Notes under the pieces: model-generated
The model's input: the letters and a program-made list of their open reading frames with translations, nothing else
Database searches by the model: none
What the model was told of the DNA's origin: nothing
Made by a program: the position numbers and the translations under genes
In this document: piece after piece, positions 44,882 through 55,281 of the stretch
How the letters are laid out: each line of letters begins with the position of its first letter
How positions within the stretch are numbered: the stretch's first letter is position 1
Origin: Butyrivibrio sp.
GTDB taxonomy: Bacteria > Bacillota > Clostridia > Lachnospirales > Lachnospiraceae
Direction of reading: 5' to 3'
Assembly (NCBI GenBank): GCA_045124255.1
Contig: JBGVLM010000007.1
Span: 9,382-73,381, forward strand
DNA: 64,000 nt

Positions 44882-47800
44882 TTATTCTTTTTGAAATGGC
44901 ATTACCGATATCTCCTTATCAAGCGCAACCGAATATATATAGCAGTCCGCAACAGATTTGCCAGTCACCTTTTCAATTGCCTTTGCATAGAGTTCAAGCT
45001 GTTTTGCGTATCGTGCCACAAGGATTTCCTCACCGTTATCGGAATCGGCTCTGTCAGTCTTATAATCCACAATATATACACTGCCATTCTTAATATAGAA
45101 TGCGTCGATAATTCCCTGTACAAGAACTTTTTCCTCGGACGGAAAATCCTGATTAACCGCGTCGGCTCCGATTTCCATAATAAAAGGCTGTTCTCTGTAC
45201 AACTGCTTATCCTGAAATGCTTTTTTCATGTCCTGCCCCAAACCGGTTGATACGAATTGAAGAAATTTATTGCAGTTAATGAGCTTTGCATATTCCTCAG
45301 GCATTCTTCCCTCTGCAACAAGGGCGTCAAGCTGGCTCTTAAGCCCTGTAAAGCTGTCCGCACAATTATAATCCAGCAGTTCAAAAAACTTATGATATGC
45401 ATTACCTCTTGATATTCCTGTAACTTTCTCATCAGCCTCAATAAACCTTGGAACAGCTTTCTTACTTTCAGGCAGCTCTATTCTTGCCTCAAGATTATCA
45501 CTTTCCTCCATTGCCTTATGTTTAAGGTCTGAAACGGAATATTTGGATTTGACTGACAGAATGTTGCTGTACGGATATTTATATTCCAGTTTTTCCTTCA
45601 CAAGACGATATATATCAGCATCTGCTTCATATTCGTCCATTTGTCCGGATATATCCATTGCATCGGATAATACTGCAATCTCATGAGCGGCTATGATATC
45701 ATACAGCTCATCCATACTGATTTCCCTTACCCTGAATCTGTTGTTATTCAATGCAACTGGGGCAACCAAATCAAGATAATTGGTATTCTCTGTCAGATAG
45801 CCGCTCTCGATTCTGCCGCTTTCCTTTGCAAGCTGCCATTTATCCAATGACTTTTCCATTCCCGTAACGCCAATCATGATAAGCTTGTTAACTGCTCTTG
45901 TCATTGCAACATACAGAACTCTTAACTCCTCACCTATCCCGTCGGATTTAATTTTGCGGGAAATCAGGTTCTTATATACGACATTTTCCCTGATTCTCCT
46001 GTTCAAATCAACATAATCCATTGCAATACCGTAATCGCTGTCATATATAACCGGGTCATTTGCATCCCTAAGATTATAATTCTTGGCAAAATCACCAATT
46101 ATAACCACAGGAAATTCAAGTCCCTTACTTTTATGGATACTCATTATTCTTACGGCATCATCAGCGCTCTGTGAGGTATTATCGGTACCGTAGTCCACAT
46201 CATATTTCTGCAGCTTATCAATATATCTGAGGAAGTTAAATACTCCGAAATAACTTGTATTTTCAAATTCTTTAGCTTTGACAATGAGCATGTCGAGATT
46301 GGCTTTTCTGCTCTCTCCATTCATCATTGCACCCGTGTAATCATAATATCCGGTATTATAGATTATCTCAGATACAAGCTCCCTGATTGTAAGAAGCTCT
46401 GCCTTATCCCGATAATTCTTAATCAGCTCAAGAAATTTACGGCATTTACTTCCAAGCTCATTATCTTTATCCGCATATTCCCTCAGACAGTCATATAATT
46501 CCGTTCTGCGTTTTCTGCCCTTGACTGTGGCAAGCTCCTCTGCAGTAAAATAAGCCCAGTAGGACCTCATAAGTCCTGCAAGCGGAATCTCCTGTCTCGG
46601 ATTGTCTATTACCCTGAGAAAATCCAACACCTTAACGACCTCATTAGCGGTAAAATAACCCGTTGATGAAGCATACAATGCAGGGATTCCGTGATTGGCA
46701 AGAATTGATGCATATACAGGACCGGCGGTTTTGTCACTTCTTAACAGAATAACACAATCGCTGTATTTAAGCTCAGGATTTTCCTTGCGAAGCCTTATTA
46801 TTCTGTCGGCAGCAATATGCGCCGAAGCCTCTCTTTTGTCCCAATTATTATTGTTCAGCATATCTCTGTCCATAAGAATAAGCTCAGATATATCATCAAA
46901 GCTGTCTTCAAAATCCCTGCCGGCATTAAGCCTTACCTCGTCCGTATAATCTATTCCGCCGATTGTTTTCTTCATGACTGCATGAAATACATCATTAATT
47001 CCTTCAAGCACATTGGCGCGGCTTCTGAAATTCTTATGAAGCTCTATTTTGCAGTATTTATCAGATTGTGCGGTATCATATTCAGGATATCGGGCGTATT
47101 TATCCATGAACAACTCCGGCTTTGCCATACGGAACTTATATATGCTCTGTTTGACGTCGCCTACCATAAATATATTGGGCGTTCCGAACCGCTCCTTAGA
47201 TACTGCATTGAGTATGTATTCCTGAACAGGATTACTGTCCTGATATTCATCAATATATATTTCATTAAAGCTCTCCGCCAGCTCATCGGCAATTTCGGTA
47301 TAGGTATTATGTCCGTTATCCCTGTTAATAAGTATATCAAGTGCATAATGTTCAATATCGGAGAAATCCACTATATTCTGTTCCTTCTTATATGCCCCGA
47401 ATCTTATCGTAAATTCCGTAACAAGTTCAAGATATATATCCGCATAGGGCTTACAGCTAAGAAGCTGTTCAAGCTGCTTGTCTGTATCAAGACAATATTC
47501 CGCCAAAAGTTTTTCTTTGCGTTTTTTATTTCTTGAACGCATTGTCTGAACTTTTTTGCGTAATTCCTCATCTGCCTTTGAACGTTTCAGATTCTCATCA
47601 GCCGTATTAAGTATTTCTGCAATCTGTTCAAAAGTATCCGCCTTATCGCAATGCCGCCATTTATCCCTGTCAGCTTCAATTGCCGGTATATATTCAGCCG
47701 GACCGCCCATATCCCTGCAATATTCAAGCATTATCTCACAGTCATCAGCACATTCCCTGCAAAGCTGTCTGACATATTCAAGTGTATAGCCTACTATCGG

Positions 47801-48424
47801 AAGTTTCTCATATGCTTTAACCGAATCCGTCATAAATACCTTCCTGCAGTCTGCAAGCCATTCCAACGGCCATGGATTACTCTGTGAGAATCTGTACAGT
47901 CCGAGAATATATTCCGATATTCTGTCAATTGATTTACCGGGTGCAAAGGCTTCCACAAAATCAAGGAATTCCCTGCTGCCCTCATTAAATTTTTCCTCCA
48001 AAAGCTCCTGAATGACATCCTCTCTTATAAGGCTTAACTCACCTTCATCAGCAACCCTGAAATCCGGCTCCAATGAAATTGTATTATAATAATTTCTGAT
48101 TATATATGTACAAAAGCTGTCTATCGTCGTTATCCTTGCATTATCAAGCAAAGAAATCTGTCTGAGAAGATGACGGTTGCCCGGATTCTTCTTTAGTTCG
48201 TTTTCAAAGGCATTGCTTAATCTGGTCTTCATCTCCTCCGCCGCAGCCCTTGTAAAGGTCACGACAACAATTGTATCAATATCTGTCGGTGCTTTCTCAT
48301 CCAGCACTCTTCTGATTATTCGTTCAATCAGCACCGCTGTTTTACCTGAACCGGCGGCGGCACTTACCAGAAGATTACAGCCTTTTGCATCAATCGCATT
48401 CTGCTGTTTAGTTGTCCATGCCAT
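44882..48424 (-). CDS. addA: Helicase-exonuclease AddAB, subunit AddA
   Basis: UvrD-like N-terminus WTTKQQNAIDAKGCNLLVSAAAGSGKTAVLIERI and a C-terminal RecB-type nuclease (GIIDAFY..IVDYKTD). 1180 aa. Confidence 0.95.
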   Translation of the reverse strand: MAWTTKQQNAIDAKGCNLLVSAAAGSGKTAVLIERIIRRVLDEKAPTDIDTIVVVTFTRAAAEEMKTRLSNAFENELKKNPGNRHLLRQISLLDNARITTIDSFCTYIIRNYYNTISLEPDFRVADEGELSLIREDVIQELLEEKFNEGSREFLDFVEAFAPGKSIDRISEYILGLYRFSQSNPWPLEWLADCRKVFMTDSVKAYEKLPIVGYTLEYVRQLCRECADDCEIMLEYCRDMGGPAEYIPAIEADRDKWRHCDKADTFEQIAEILNTADENLKRSKADEELRKKVQTMRSRNKKRKEKLLAEYCLDTDKQLEQLLSCKPYADIYLELVTEFTIRFGAYKKEQNIVDFSDIEHYALDILINRDNGHNTYTEIADELAESFNEIYIDEYQDSNPVQEYILNAVSKERFGTPNIFMVGDVKQSIYKFRMAKPELFMDKYARYPEYDTAQSDKYCKIELHKNFRSRANVLEGINDVFHAVMKKTIGGIDYTDEVRLNAGRDFEDSFDDISELILMDRDMLNNNNWDKREASAHIAADRIIRLRKENPELKYSDCVILLRSDKTAGPVYASILANHGIPALYASSTGYFTANEVVKVLDFLRVIDNPRQEIPLAGLMRSYWAYFTAEELATVKGRKRRTELYDCLREYADKDNELGSKCRKFLELIKNYRDKAELLTIRELVSEIIYNTGYYDYTGAMMNGESRKANLDMLIVKAKEFENTSYFGVFNFLRYIDKLQKYDVDYGTDNTSQSADDAVRIMSIHKSKGLEFPVVIIGDFAKNYNLRDANDPVIYDSDYGIAMDYVDLNRRIRENVVYKNLISRKIKSDGIGEELRVLYVAMTRAVNKLIMIGVTGMEKSLDKWQLAKESGRIESGYLTENTNYLDLVAPVALNNNRFRVREISMDELYDIIAAHEIAVLSDAMDISGQMDEYEADADIYRLVKEKLEYKYPYSNILSVKSKYSVSDLKHKAMEESDNLEARIELPESKKAVPRFIEADEKVTGISRGNAYHKFFELLDYNCADSFTGLKSQLDALVAEGRMPEEYAKLINCNKFLQFVSTGLGQDMKKAFQDKQLYREQPFIMEIGADAVNQDFPSEEKVLVQGIIDAFYIKNGSVYIVDYKTDRADSDNGEEILVARYAKQLELYAKAIEKVTGKSVADCYIYSVALDKEISVMPFQKE

Positions 48425-48427
48425 AAT

Positions 48428-51400
48428 CTATTCCTCCTGCTCCTTATAGCCAAGCCTGCTCCATTTATCAGGTTCATCCTTGATGCTTGTCTTCTCCCTG
48501 TATTCCTGTCTTTTTGGATTGAAATTGCATACACTGCAATACGGACAATACTCACAGGACTCCCTGTAAGGATTAGTCTCTACTGTTCCTTTACGGATTT
48601 CTTTTTCCATTTGGGACATTTTGTCAACTGCATAGCGTGACAGGCATTTCAACTGTTCATCCGTAAGAAGATGTCCGTCCAAGGTAAGCATTCCGTCCTT
48701 ATTTCTCTTTGCAGGAACTACAAGTGACTTGCCCTTTTCCCAGTCATCAAGGTATTGGATACTCTCGTACCCCACCATTCCCGTAGGCTTCATTGCATTA
48801 AGAAGTGCTTCGTCAGGCTTCTCTTTGTCGGTTTTACTGATAATAGGATTGTCAATACGGTTATATAAAGCACCTGCAGCATAAACGGTCTTATCGGGAT
48901 TCTGCTCCTGAAGTTTTTTGACTGTGCTGTGCAGGTACACCATTAACTGCAGTTTCAGACCATTATATATATCATCCAAATCAAGGTCATTTGCTCCTGA
49001 TTTATAATCAATTATTTTGACATGAACTGAATCGTCATCCTCATATGTATCAATTCGGTCTATTTTTCCTGTGATTGCAGTACCCATAAAATGCTCATAA
49101 AAAATATTTTCAAATTCTGCCGGCTTAAAGCTTCCTGCTGACAACTGCCTTCCAAGTGCCCATACCGTATGCTCCAGAAGACTTATTATTCTCTGCTTCA
49201 TATATTGATTTCTGCCGCTTTCGGTAAAATACGAGGCATTATAATCCGCAGTTACGTCCATAACCGCACTAACCACAAGCTCCCTTCGTTCTTCATCCGT
49301 CACATCAGAGAAATCCTTATTGCGTTTCTTCAGTTCTACTGATATTTTCTCTATTGCATTATGAAATATGCTTCCCAAATCAGCCGAATTGATTTCATGG
49401 AGCTTACGTTCTTCAAGCTCCAGTCCGTAATCCGCAAAATGCATAAAAGCACAGTTTGCATAGCGTTCAAGTCTGGATATACTGCTCTTCTCTATTGCGC
49501 TGTACAGAATTCGAGCAGTTTCCTCTGACAGCAGGGACTTGGTATTCTCCCTGATATAGATATCGGTGATTTCGTGTATTCTTTCCGAATAGGGTTCGTT
49601 TTCAAGAAAATACAGCAGCATCTCCTTAATTCCCGGCTTAACATCATCCCTGTTAATAAATGCCGCAGATGCAATATGGAGCGTATTATCCGGATTGGTT
49701 ATTTTGTCCACTTCCTTAATCTGTTCATTATTCTGCACAGCTAATTTCGGATACATTTTCTGAAGCATGCTTATAATTCTCGAAGGCTTGCATTCCTTGC
49801 CCTCGGAATCATAATTATGACACATCACCTGTAACATGCTCTCAGGCTCCGTCATATTAAGATAGAGATAAAAATTCTGGATAAAAACCTTTTCCCTTGG
49901 TGACGGTGACAGCTCAATATTATTATCATGAAGTATTTTTCTCTCATTCTCGGAAAGCATTCCTTTATTAGAGGAAAGCTTAGGAAGAATGCCCTCATTA
50001 ACTCCGAGAACAAACAGCACCTTAATATGTTCAAGTCTTGTTCTCTCAATATCACCCACCGTTACGCAGTCAACGGACGGCGGAATTACACCCACCTTTA
50101 TTTCCTCAAAGCCTGCGTCAAGAATGCTGATAAATTCCGCTACCGTTACCTTCTCATCACCGAGTAATGAGTCAAGCTGCTCCAAAAGACCGATTATCTT
50201 TCCGTAAGTCTGTCTGTACTCCGCAGCCTTGGACATATTGTCTGCCCTATAAACAACAGCCTCCGTTTCACACGCCATGGCTTCAAGAATGTTATAGGCA
50301 TCCGCGGCTTCCATAAGCTCATATATCGCCCTTACAATCACTCCTACGGTTATGTCCTTACCTGCAAGCTGCTCCTCAAACGGCAGTATTATATTGATAA
50401 AATCCTCTCTGGTCTTATTAATATCCTGTAAATCATTTTTCTTACCTGAGGACTTACGGATAAAATTCTCATGCCATTTACTTCTGCCCCGGATTCCGAG
50501 TGCCAGCACATAGTTTTCAAGAATATCAACTGATTCCCTGTCAATACGGCACAATTTGTTTTTAAGGAAACGGAATACGCTCTCATAAGAAAAATTGTCC
50601 TTAATAATTCCGAGTGCCGCTCTTATATATTCAACAACCGGGTTACCGATAAGGCTTCGCTTGTTGTCCATGAAAAAAGGTATTTGACTCTCAGTAAATA
50701 TTCTCTGTATATAATCCGAATAATCCCCGATATTCCCTGCAACAACCGCAATCTCCCTGAAGCGTACATTGCGGCATCTGACACAGTCAAGAATCCTTGC
50801 GGCGGTAAGCTGAACCTCATCCCTTGGCGTATTCGGCATCGCAATCGCAATGTCCTTAACCTCCCCGTCATAATGCTTACCCGAATATCTGAAAAGCTCT
50901 TTTTCAAGGAAGTCAAGCTCTTCTGATTTCGCAAATCTGTACTTATCCTTATCTGTAGGTATTCTGTTATATGTAACATGATGTCCAAGTCTGTCAGCGA
51001 TTCTTCCCATAATCTGCATCATATTTTTACTCATATGAAACAAATCAGAATCACCGTTAATCACGTTATAATCCTCGTTATCAGGAATTGTAACAGTATT
51101 AATAACATGGTCCGCCATAGTTAAAATGCATTCAAACACTCTGTACTGAACCGGCGTAAAGCCCGTAAAACCGTCAAATGCAACAACCGCATTATTGAAA
51201 AATGACGATTTGGAAATTACTCTTAATAATTCTTCGGGTCTGTCCTCCACCGTCACATATTTGTCCCGTATATACTCCTCAAATGCCTCATAAATAACGA
51301 GAATGTCACTAAGCTTCTGTTTGAGACGGTCAGTTGATTTGACTTCATCGATAATTCGTCTAAGCTCCTCTGTTCCGATTCCATACTGCTTCAATTCTGA

Positions 51401-51781
51401 AATCATTGATTTGATTTCGCTCACAAATCCCTGAGTTCTGTCTGCCTTAACAATTCTAAGACATCCCGCAACCTTATTAAGCACCTTACGCACAATAAGA
51501 TTCTTACCCGTATCGTCAATTATCTCCAAAAGTTCAATGCCAAGCTCATCAAAAATCCTGTATGCCAGTCTTCCGAAGGTCACGACATCTATGTTGAATA
51601 CACCGCCGTTATCATGCATTCTTACGATATCCTTCTGTGCCTGCAGGGAGGACTGTTCAGGAACGATTAATATGTATTTTCTGTTGCTGTCTGTTGATTC
51701 CATTGACTCTTTAATAAGTCTGTTATAGAGCTTATAGGTCTTGCCATGCCCTGAGGCACTCATAAAAAATTCTAACGACAT
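48428..51781 (-). CDS. addB: Helicase-exonuclease AddAB, subunit AddB
   Basis: Immediately upstream of addA. C-terminal nuclease/Fe-S motif (IIDYKSG...CEYCPYCSVC). ATG 51781 (MSLEFF) with GGAGAAG is preferred to 51793. Confidence 0.9.
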   Translation of the reverse strand: MSLEFFMSASGHGKTYKLYNRLIKESMESTDSNRKYILIVPEQSSLQAQKDIVRMHDNGGVFNIDVVTFGRLAYRIFDELGIELLEIIDDTGKNLIVRKVLNKVAGCLRIVKADRTQGFVSEIKSMISELKQYGIGTEELRRIIDEVKSTDRLKQKLSDILVIYEAFEEYIRDKYVTVEDRPEELLRVISKSSFFNNAVVAFDGFTGFTPVQYRVFECILTMADHVINTVTIPDNEDYNVINGDSDLFHMSKNMMQIMGRIADRLGHHVTYNRIPTDKDKYRFAKSEELDFLEKELFRYSGKHYDGEVKDIAIAMPNTPRDEVQLTAARILDCVRCRNVRFREIAVVAGNIGDYSDYIQRIFTESQIPFFMDNKRSLIGNPVVEYIRAALGIIKDNFSYESVFRFLKNKLCRIDRESVDILENYVLALGIRGRSKWHENFIRKSSGKKNDLQDINKTREDFINIILPFEEQLAGKDITVGVIVRAIYELMEAADAYNILEAMACETEAVVYRADNMSKAAEYRQTYGKIIGLLEQLDSLLGDEKVTVAEFISILDAGFEEIKVGVIPPSVDCVTVGDIERTRLEHIKVLFVLGVNEGILPKLSSNKGMLSENERKILHDNNIELSPSPREKVFIQNFYLYLNMTEPESMLQVMCHNYDSEGKECKPSRIISMLQKMYPKLAVQNNEQIKEVDKITNPDNTLHIASAAFINRDDVKPGIKEMLLYFLENEPYSERIHEITDIYIRENTKSLLSEETARILYSAIEKSSISRLERYANCAFMHFADYGLELEERKLHEINSADLGSIFHNAIEKISVELKKRNKDFSDVTDEERRELVVSAVMDVTADYNASYFTESGRNQYMKQRIISLLEHTVWALGRQLSAGSFKPAEFENIFYEHFMGTAITGKIDRIDTYEDDDSVHVKIIDYKSGANDLDLDDIYNGLKLQLMVYLHSTVKKLQEQNPDKTVYAAGALYNRIDNPIISKTDKEKPDEALLNAMKPTGMVGYESIQYLDDWEKGKSLVVPAKRNKDGMLTLDGHLLTDEQLKCLSRYAVDKMSQMEKEIRKGTVETNPYRESCEYCPYCSVCNFNPKRQEYREKTSIKDEPDKWSRLGYKEQEE

Positions 51782-51860
51782 AACTTCTCCCATATAAAAA
51801 AAGTAATATTTTCCCGAGTTGATTAATATTTTATAATAATCAGATTCGGGAGTAAAAACA

Positions 51861-52298
51861 ATGAGTTCAAAAACAAAGATTGTAGTTCTTAAGCTAAAAG
51901 AAATGATTTACACAATTGTATTTGTAGTATTGGGAATCATTCTGATTCTGTTAATTATACTATTAATAACAAGAAACGCCAATAAATCCGTTCCGGAAGC
52001 CGTAAAATCCACCTTCGCTCCGGGAGTATATACTTCATCAATTGTACTTGCAACAAATCCGGTGGATATAGAAGTTGTAGTTGATGCAGAACAAATTAAA
52101 TCAATTCAGTTAATCAATACTTCTGAATCCATTGAAACAATGTACCCATTAATAACTGCTTCGCTTAACTCCATATCGGAGCAGGTTATTAAAAACAATT
52201 CAACAGAAAACATTACATACAATCAGGAATTCAAATATACCTCGCTTGTATTAATCGAGGCAATTCAGGCGGCCCTCGACAAAGCCTATAATGAATAG
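51861..52298 (+). CDS. Membrane-anchored hypothetical protein (145 aa)
   Basis: One TM helix (IYTIVFVVLGIILILLIILLI) followed by a small extracytoplasmic domain. Confidence 0.5.
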   Translation: MSSKTKIVVLKLKEMIYTIVFVVLGIILILLIILLITRNANKSVPEAVKSTFAPGVYTSSIVLATNPVDIEVVVDAEQIKSIQLINTSESIETMYPLITASLNSISEQVIKNNSTENITYNQEFKYTSLVLIEAIQAALDKAYNE

Positions 52299-52321
52299 CC
52301 CCTGCATCCCGTGAATTAAAT

Positions 52322-52357
52322 TTAAGCCGATTACCTGCCACCATGTAATCGGCTTAA
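52322..52357. terminator. Bidirectional terminator hairpin between convergent genes
   Basis: TTAAGCCGATTAC-ctgccaccat-GTAATCGGCTTAA, a perfect 13-bp stem. Confidence 0.75.
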
Positions 52358-52380
52358 TTAACGTATTAACATTTCATTCA

Positions 52381-54456
52381 TTATAGCATTTTATTGAATT
52401 TTGTGAAACTATATTTTATATTAGAAGAAAATATATAAATTGAATATGTCATTGCGGCAAATACCATAATTAACACGCTTAATACTGCAATCAATAATAC
52501 TTTCCATGGAAAATACAGATTCTGATACAGGCCGGCGTCATAGTATTCTATCATTACCGGTCCCATAATACAGGCAATCAGCGATGAAACAGGTATTCCG
52601 TAAAGCAAAGCCTTTATTCCGTAAGTTAAGCATTCCAGACTTATCATTTTATTAAAATCCTTTACGGACATTCCTAATGATTTCAGTACAGCATACTCTC
52701 TTCTTCGCATTCGTATATTGCCGTAAATAATATTAAACATATTTACCGCAGACAGAAGGAAAATAAGTACCGAAAAACCGTAAGCAAATACTTTTATAAC
52801 AGCTATCCGGTTATCACCCATTTCGCCCGATAATTCCTCATCAGAAATAATTCCGGTCATTCCCAGCTCATCACGAATACGCTCTAACTCAGCCGTACTT
52901 TCCGCATGTGTATCTGATTGGAAAAGATATTGGATATATTCTCCCGTAATAAGCCCCTGCCAAAGAACCTTCTCCATAAAGCTGTACGGATACAGAAGTT
53001 CAACTCCGTCATAATATAACCTATCAGACTCGCCCGTACACCATGGAATGGACTCAGCATCTAATACCGCCCCATATTTAACGGTAAATTTCTCAGCCCC
53101 TGCCTCAGCAAGCGGTATTTTTATATCCTCCATATCCTCAGCTTCGGTCCTATACCAGCATATTTCCTGACCGTTTTCATCAACATATATATCATTATAG
53201 CTGCAGCCTTCTTTCTCCGGTACGCGGAGTATCTGCAGATTACCTGAATCGGAAGCAAGCAAATTTACTCTGTAGGTATCCGGATTCATGTCAGCAAAAC
53301 CGTCAACTGCAACTGCCAATGGTTCATCAGACTTCATATATTTCTCCGGTGACAGATTATTTTCCTCTAACATCTGCTTATAACTTTCGTCATCTATAAA
53401 TATAATTTTTACATCTTTAAGTTCTCCGTTAATAAAAGCTTTTTCCCTTGAAAATCTGAAATAAGAACCGTCACTTATGCCCTCTGCCGTTAACATCTTA
53501 TCCAGTACCTCATCAGGGTTCTTGTCCTCATATTCTTCCCAATGGCCAAACCACCTGATTTCATAATCATAAGGATTATAATATGTATTATTATATACAC
53601 TCTGAATAAGATATCCTGAACATGTACATACCGTAACAATAACTACCAGACTCATACACAGTCCGGCAACAATGTTTTTTGACCTCTTATGGTTACTTTT
53701 ATAATGCCTGTCTGCAAGCATGCCTGCAATGCCAAAATTCTTAGACATGAATCGGGATGTTTTTATTTTCCTGCCGTCATTCTGACTGTATCCGCTGTCC
53801 CTTACGGCATTTATGACTGATATTTTTAAGGCTTTTTTTGAAGCTGCCAGTGAAGATATGATAACAACCAGAAAGGCAATAACACAGGAAGTAATTATTC
53901 CCAAAGGTTCAATATACAGCACTAACGGAAGCGATGCGGCAAAATTTATAAACCAATGTCCGATAAGCTTAAGCAGAACTGCCATTATGCCCATACCAAG
54001 CAGTATTCCTACCGGTATACCGATTGCACTTATCATCAATGCCTCGGTCAGTACCATTTTTCTAAGCTGTTTGCCGGTTGCCCCGACAGAGGCAATCAGT
54101 CCAAGCTGTTTCGTCCGCTCCCCTATTGACAGATAAAAAGAATTATAAATCATAAATCCCGACACTATTATAACAGTTAACATAATAACTGCTGTCGGTA
54201 TGAAAATCTCCTCAAAATCTGCAATAAAGCTTATGTCAAATTCATAGAAGCTTCCGCTGAAAAATTCAAACGGCTCCGGCTCATAATCAATAACATACCT
54301 GTTATAATTAATAAACTCGTAGTAACGATAGCTTGATACAAATATCATCACTCCGCAAATCATTGCAGCAGATAATATTATTCCGAGAATTGTTGTTATT
54401 GTCCGGGTTCTGCTTTTCTTTATGTATTCCATGCTTATTTTGTTGAAAATACTCAT
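52381..54456 (-). CDS. FtsX-family ABC transporter permease (BceB/MacB-like, large extracytoplasmic domain)
   Basis: 691 aa with two FtsX-type 4-TM bundles separated by a soluble domain of about 230 aa. It overlaps the ATPase gene stop by 4 nt. Confidence 0.8.
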   Translation of the reverse strand: MSIFNKISMEYIKKSRTRTITTILGIILSAAMICGVMIFVSSYRYYEFINYNRYVIDYEPEPFEFFSGSFYEFDISFIADFEEIFIPTAVIMLTVIIVSGFMIYNSFYLSIGERTKQLGLIASVGATGKQLRKMVLTEALMISAIGIPVGILLGMGIMAVLLKLIGHWFINFAASLPLVLYIEPLGIITSCVIAFLVVIISSLAASKKALKISVINAVRDSGYSQNDGRKIKTSRFMSKNFGIAGMLADRHYKSNHKRSKNIVAGLCMSLVVIVTVCTCSGYLIQSVYNNTYYNPYDYEIRWFGHWEEYEDKNPDEVLDKMLTAEGISDGSYFRFSREKAFINGELKDVKIIFIDDESYKQMLEENNLSPEKYMKSDEPLAVAVDGFADMNPDTYRVNLLASDSGNLQILRVPEKEGCSYNDIYVDENGQEICWYRTEAEDMEDIKIPLAEAGAEKFTVKYGAVLDAESIPWCTGESDRLYYDGVELLYPYSFMEKVLWQGLITGEYIQYLFQSDTHAESTAELERIRDELGMTGIISDEELSGEMGDNRIAVIKVFAYGFSVLIFLLSAVNMFNIIYGNIRMRRREYAVLKSLGMSVKDFNKMISLECLTYGIKALLYGIPVSSLIACIMGPVMIEYYDAGLYQNLYFPWKVLLIAVLSVLIMVFAAMTYSIYIFSSNIKYSFTKFNKML

Positions 54457-55136
54457 TTACGAATCACCTCATCACGAATTATTTTTCCGTCTTCAAGGGT
54501 AATTATTCTGTCTGCCTGAAGTGCAATATTTTCATTATGAGTAATAATTATCAATGTCTGATTGTATTTCTCATTGGACATCTTAAGAAGTTCAACTATC
54601 TCCTGACTGTTAACGCTGTCGAGACTGCCCGTCGGTTCATCTGCAAGCACAATTGCCGGCGCATTCATTAATGCCCTTCCTATTGAAACTCTCTGCTGCT
54701 GACCACCCGAAAGTCTGTCGGGAAGATAATTTTCACGTCCGTTTAATTTAAGAATTGTAATAAGTTCATTCAAACGCTCATCATTAACCTTTTGTCCGTC
54801 CATAAGAACAGGAAGTGTTATATTCTCAACCACATTCAGAACCGGCACAAGATTGTAAAACTGATAAATCAGTCCGACCTGTCTGCGGCGGAATATGGCA
54901 AGCTGCTCCTCATTCTGTGCAAATACATCACTTCCATTCATAAATACCTTTCCGTCCGTAGGCTTATCAACTCCTCCGAGGATATGCATAAGTGTTGATT
55001 TGCCGGAGCCTGACGGACCGACAATAGCCACAAATTCGCCTTTTTTAACCGAAAACGACACATTATCCAATGCTTTTACTGTATTTTCTCCCTTTCCATA
55101 AGTTTTACAGAGATTTTCAACTCTTAGTATTTCCAT
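54453..55136 (-). CDS. ABC transporter ATP-binding protein (BceA/MacB-type)
   Basis: Walker A GPSGSGKST, signature LSGGQQQRV, Walker B IVLADEPTGSLD. Confidence 0.9.
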   Translation of the reverse strand: MEILRVENLCKTYGKGENTVKALDNVSFSVKKGEFVAIVGPSGSGKSTLMHILGGVDKPTDGKVFMNGSDVFAQNEEQLAIFRRRQVGLIYQFYNLVPVLNVVENITLPVLMDGQKVNDERLNELITILKLNGRENYLPDRLSGGQQQRVSIGRALMNAPAIVLADEPTGSLDSVNSQEIVELLKMSNEKYNQTLIIITHNENIALQADRIITLEDGKIIRDEVIRK

Positions 55137-55174
55137 TAATACATCCTCCTGAAAGTATTTTATCGATTATCTTA

Positions 55175-55230
55175 ATTATATCTGATGCAGATGACATTAC
55201 AGTGACTCAAAAATAACAAAAATGTCACTT
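55175..55230 (-). promoter_or_regulatory. Candidate response-regulator-dependent promoter of the ABC genes (TATAAT plus nested inverted repeats)
   Basis: The -10 TATAAT (minus strand) is at 55175-55180. The upstream inverted repeats are TGACATT (55192-98) with AATGTCA (55221-27), and AGTGAC (55201-06) with GTCACT (55224-29). Confidence 0.45.
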
Positions 55231-55281
55231 GAGGCTTTCGATATAATCCTCAAAACGATATAAATAACAAAGGAACCGCTG

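Noticed and set aside
46817-47536. 239-aa plus-strand ORF inside addA, with similar shadow ORFs in addB, cls (12645-13196), glpK, feoB and other genes
   Set aside because: All lie antisense to genes with strong family motifs. None has an RBS, and their sequences are low-complexity.
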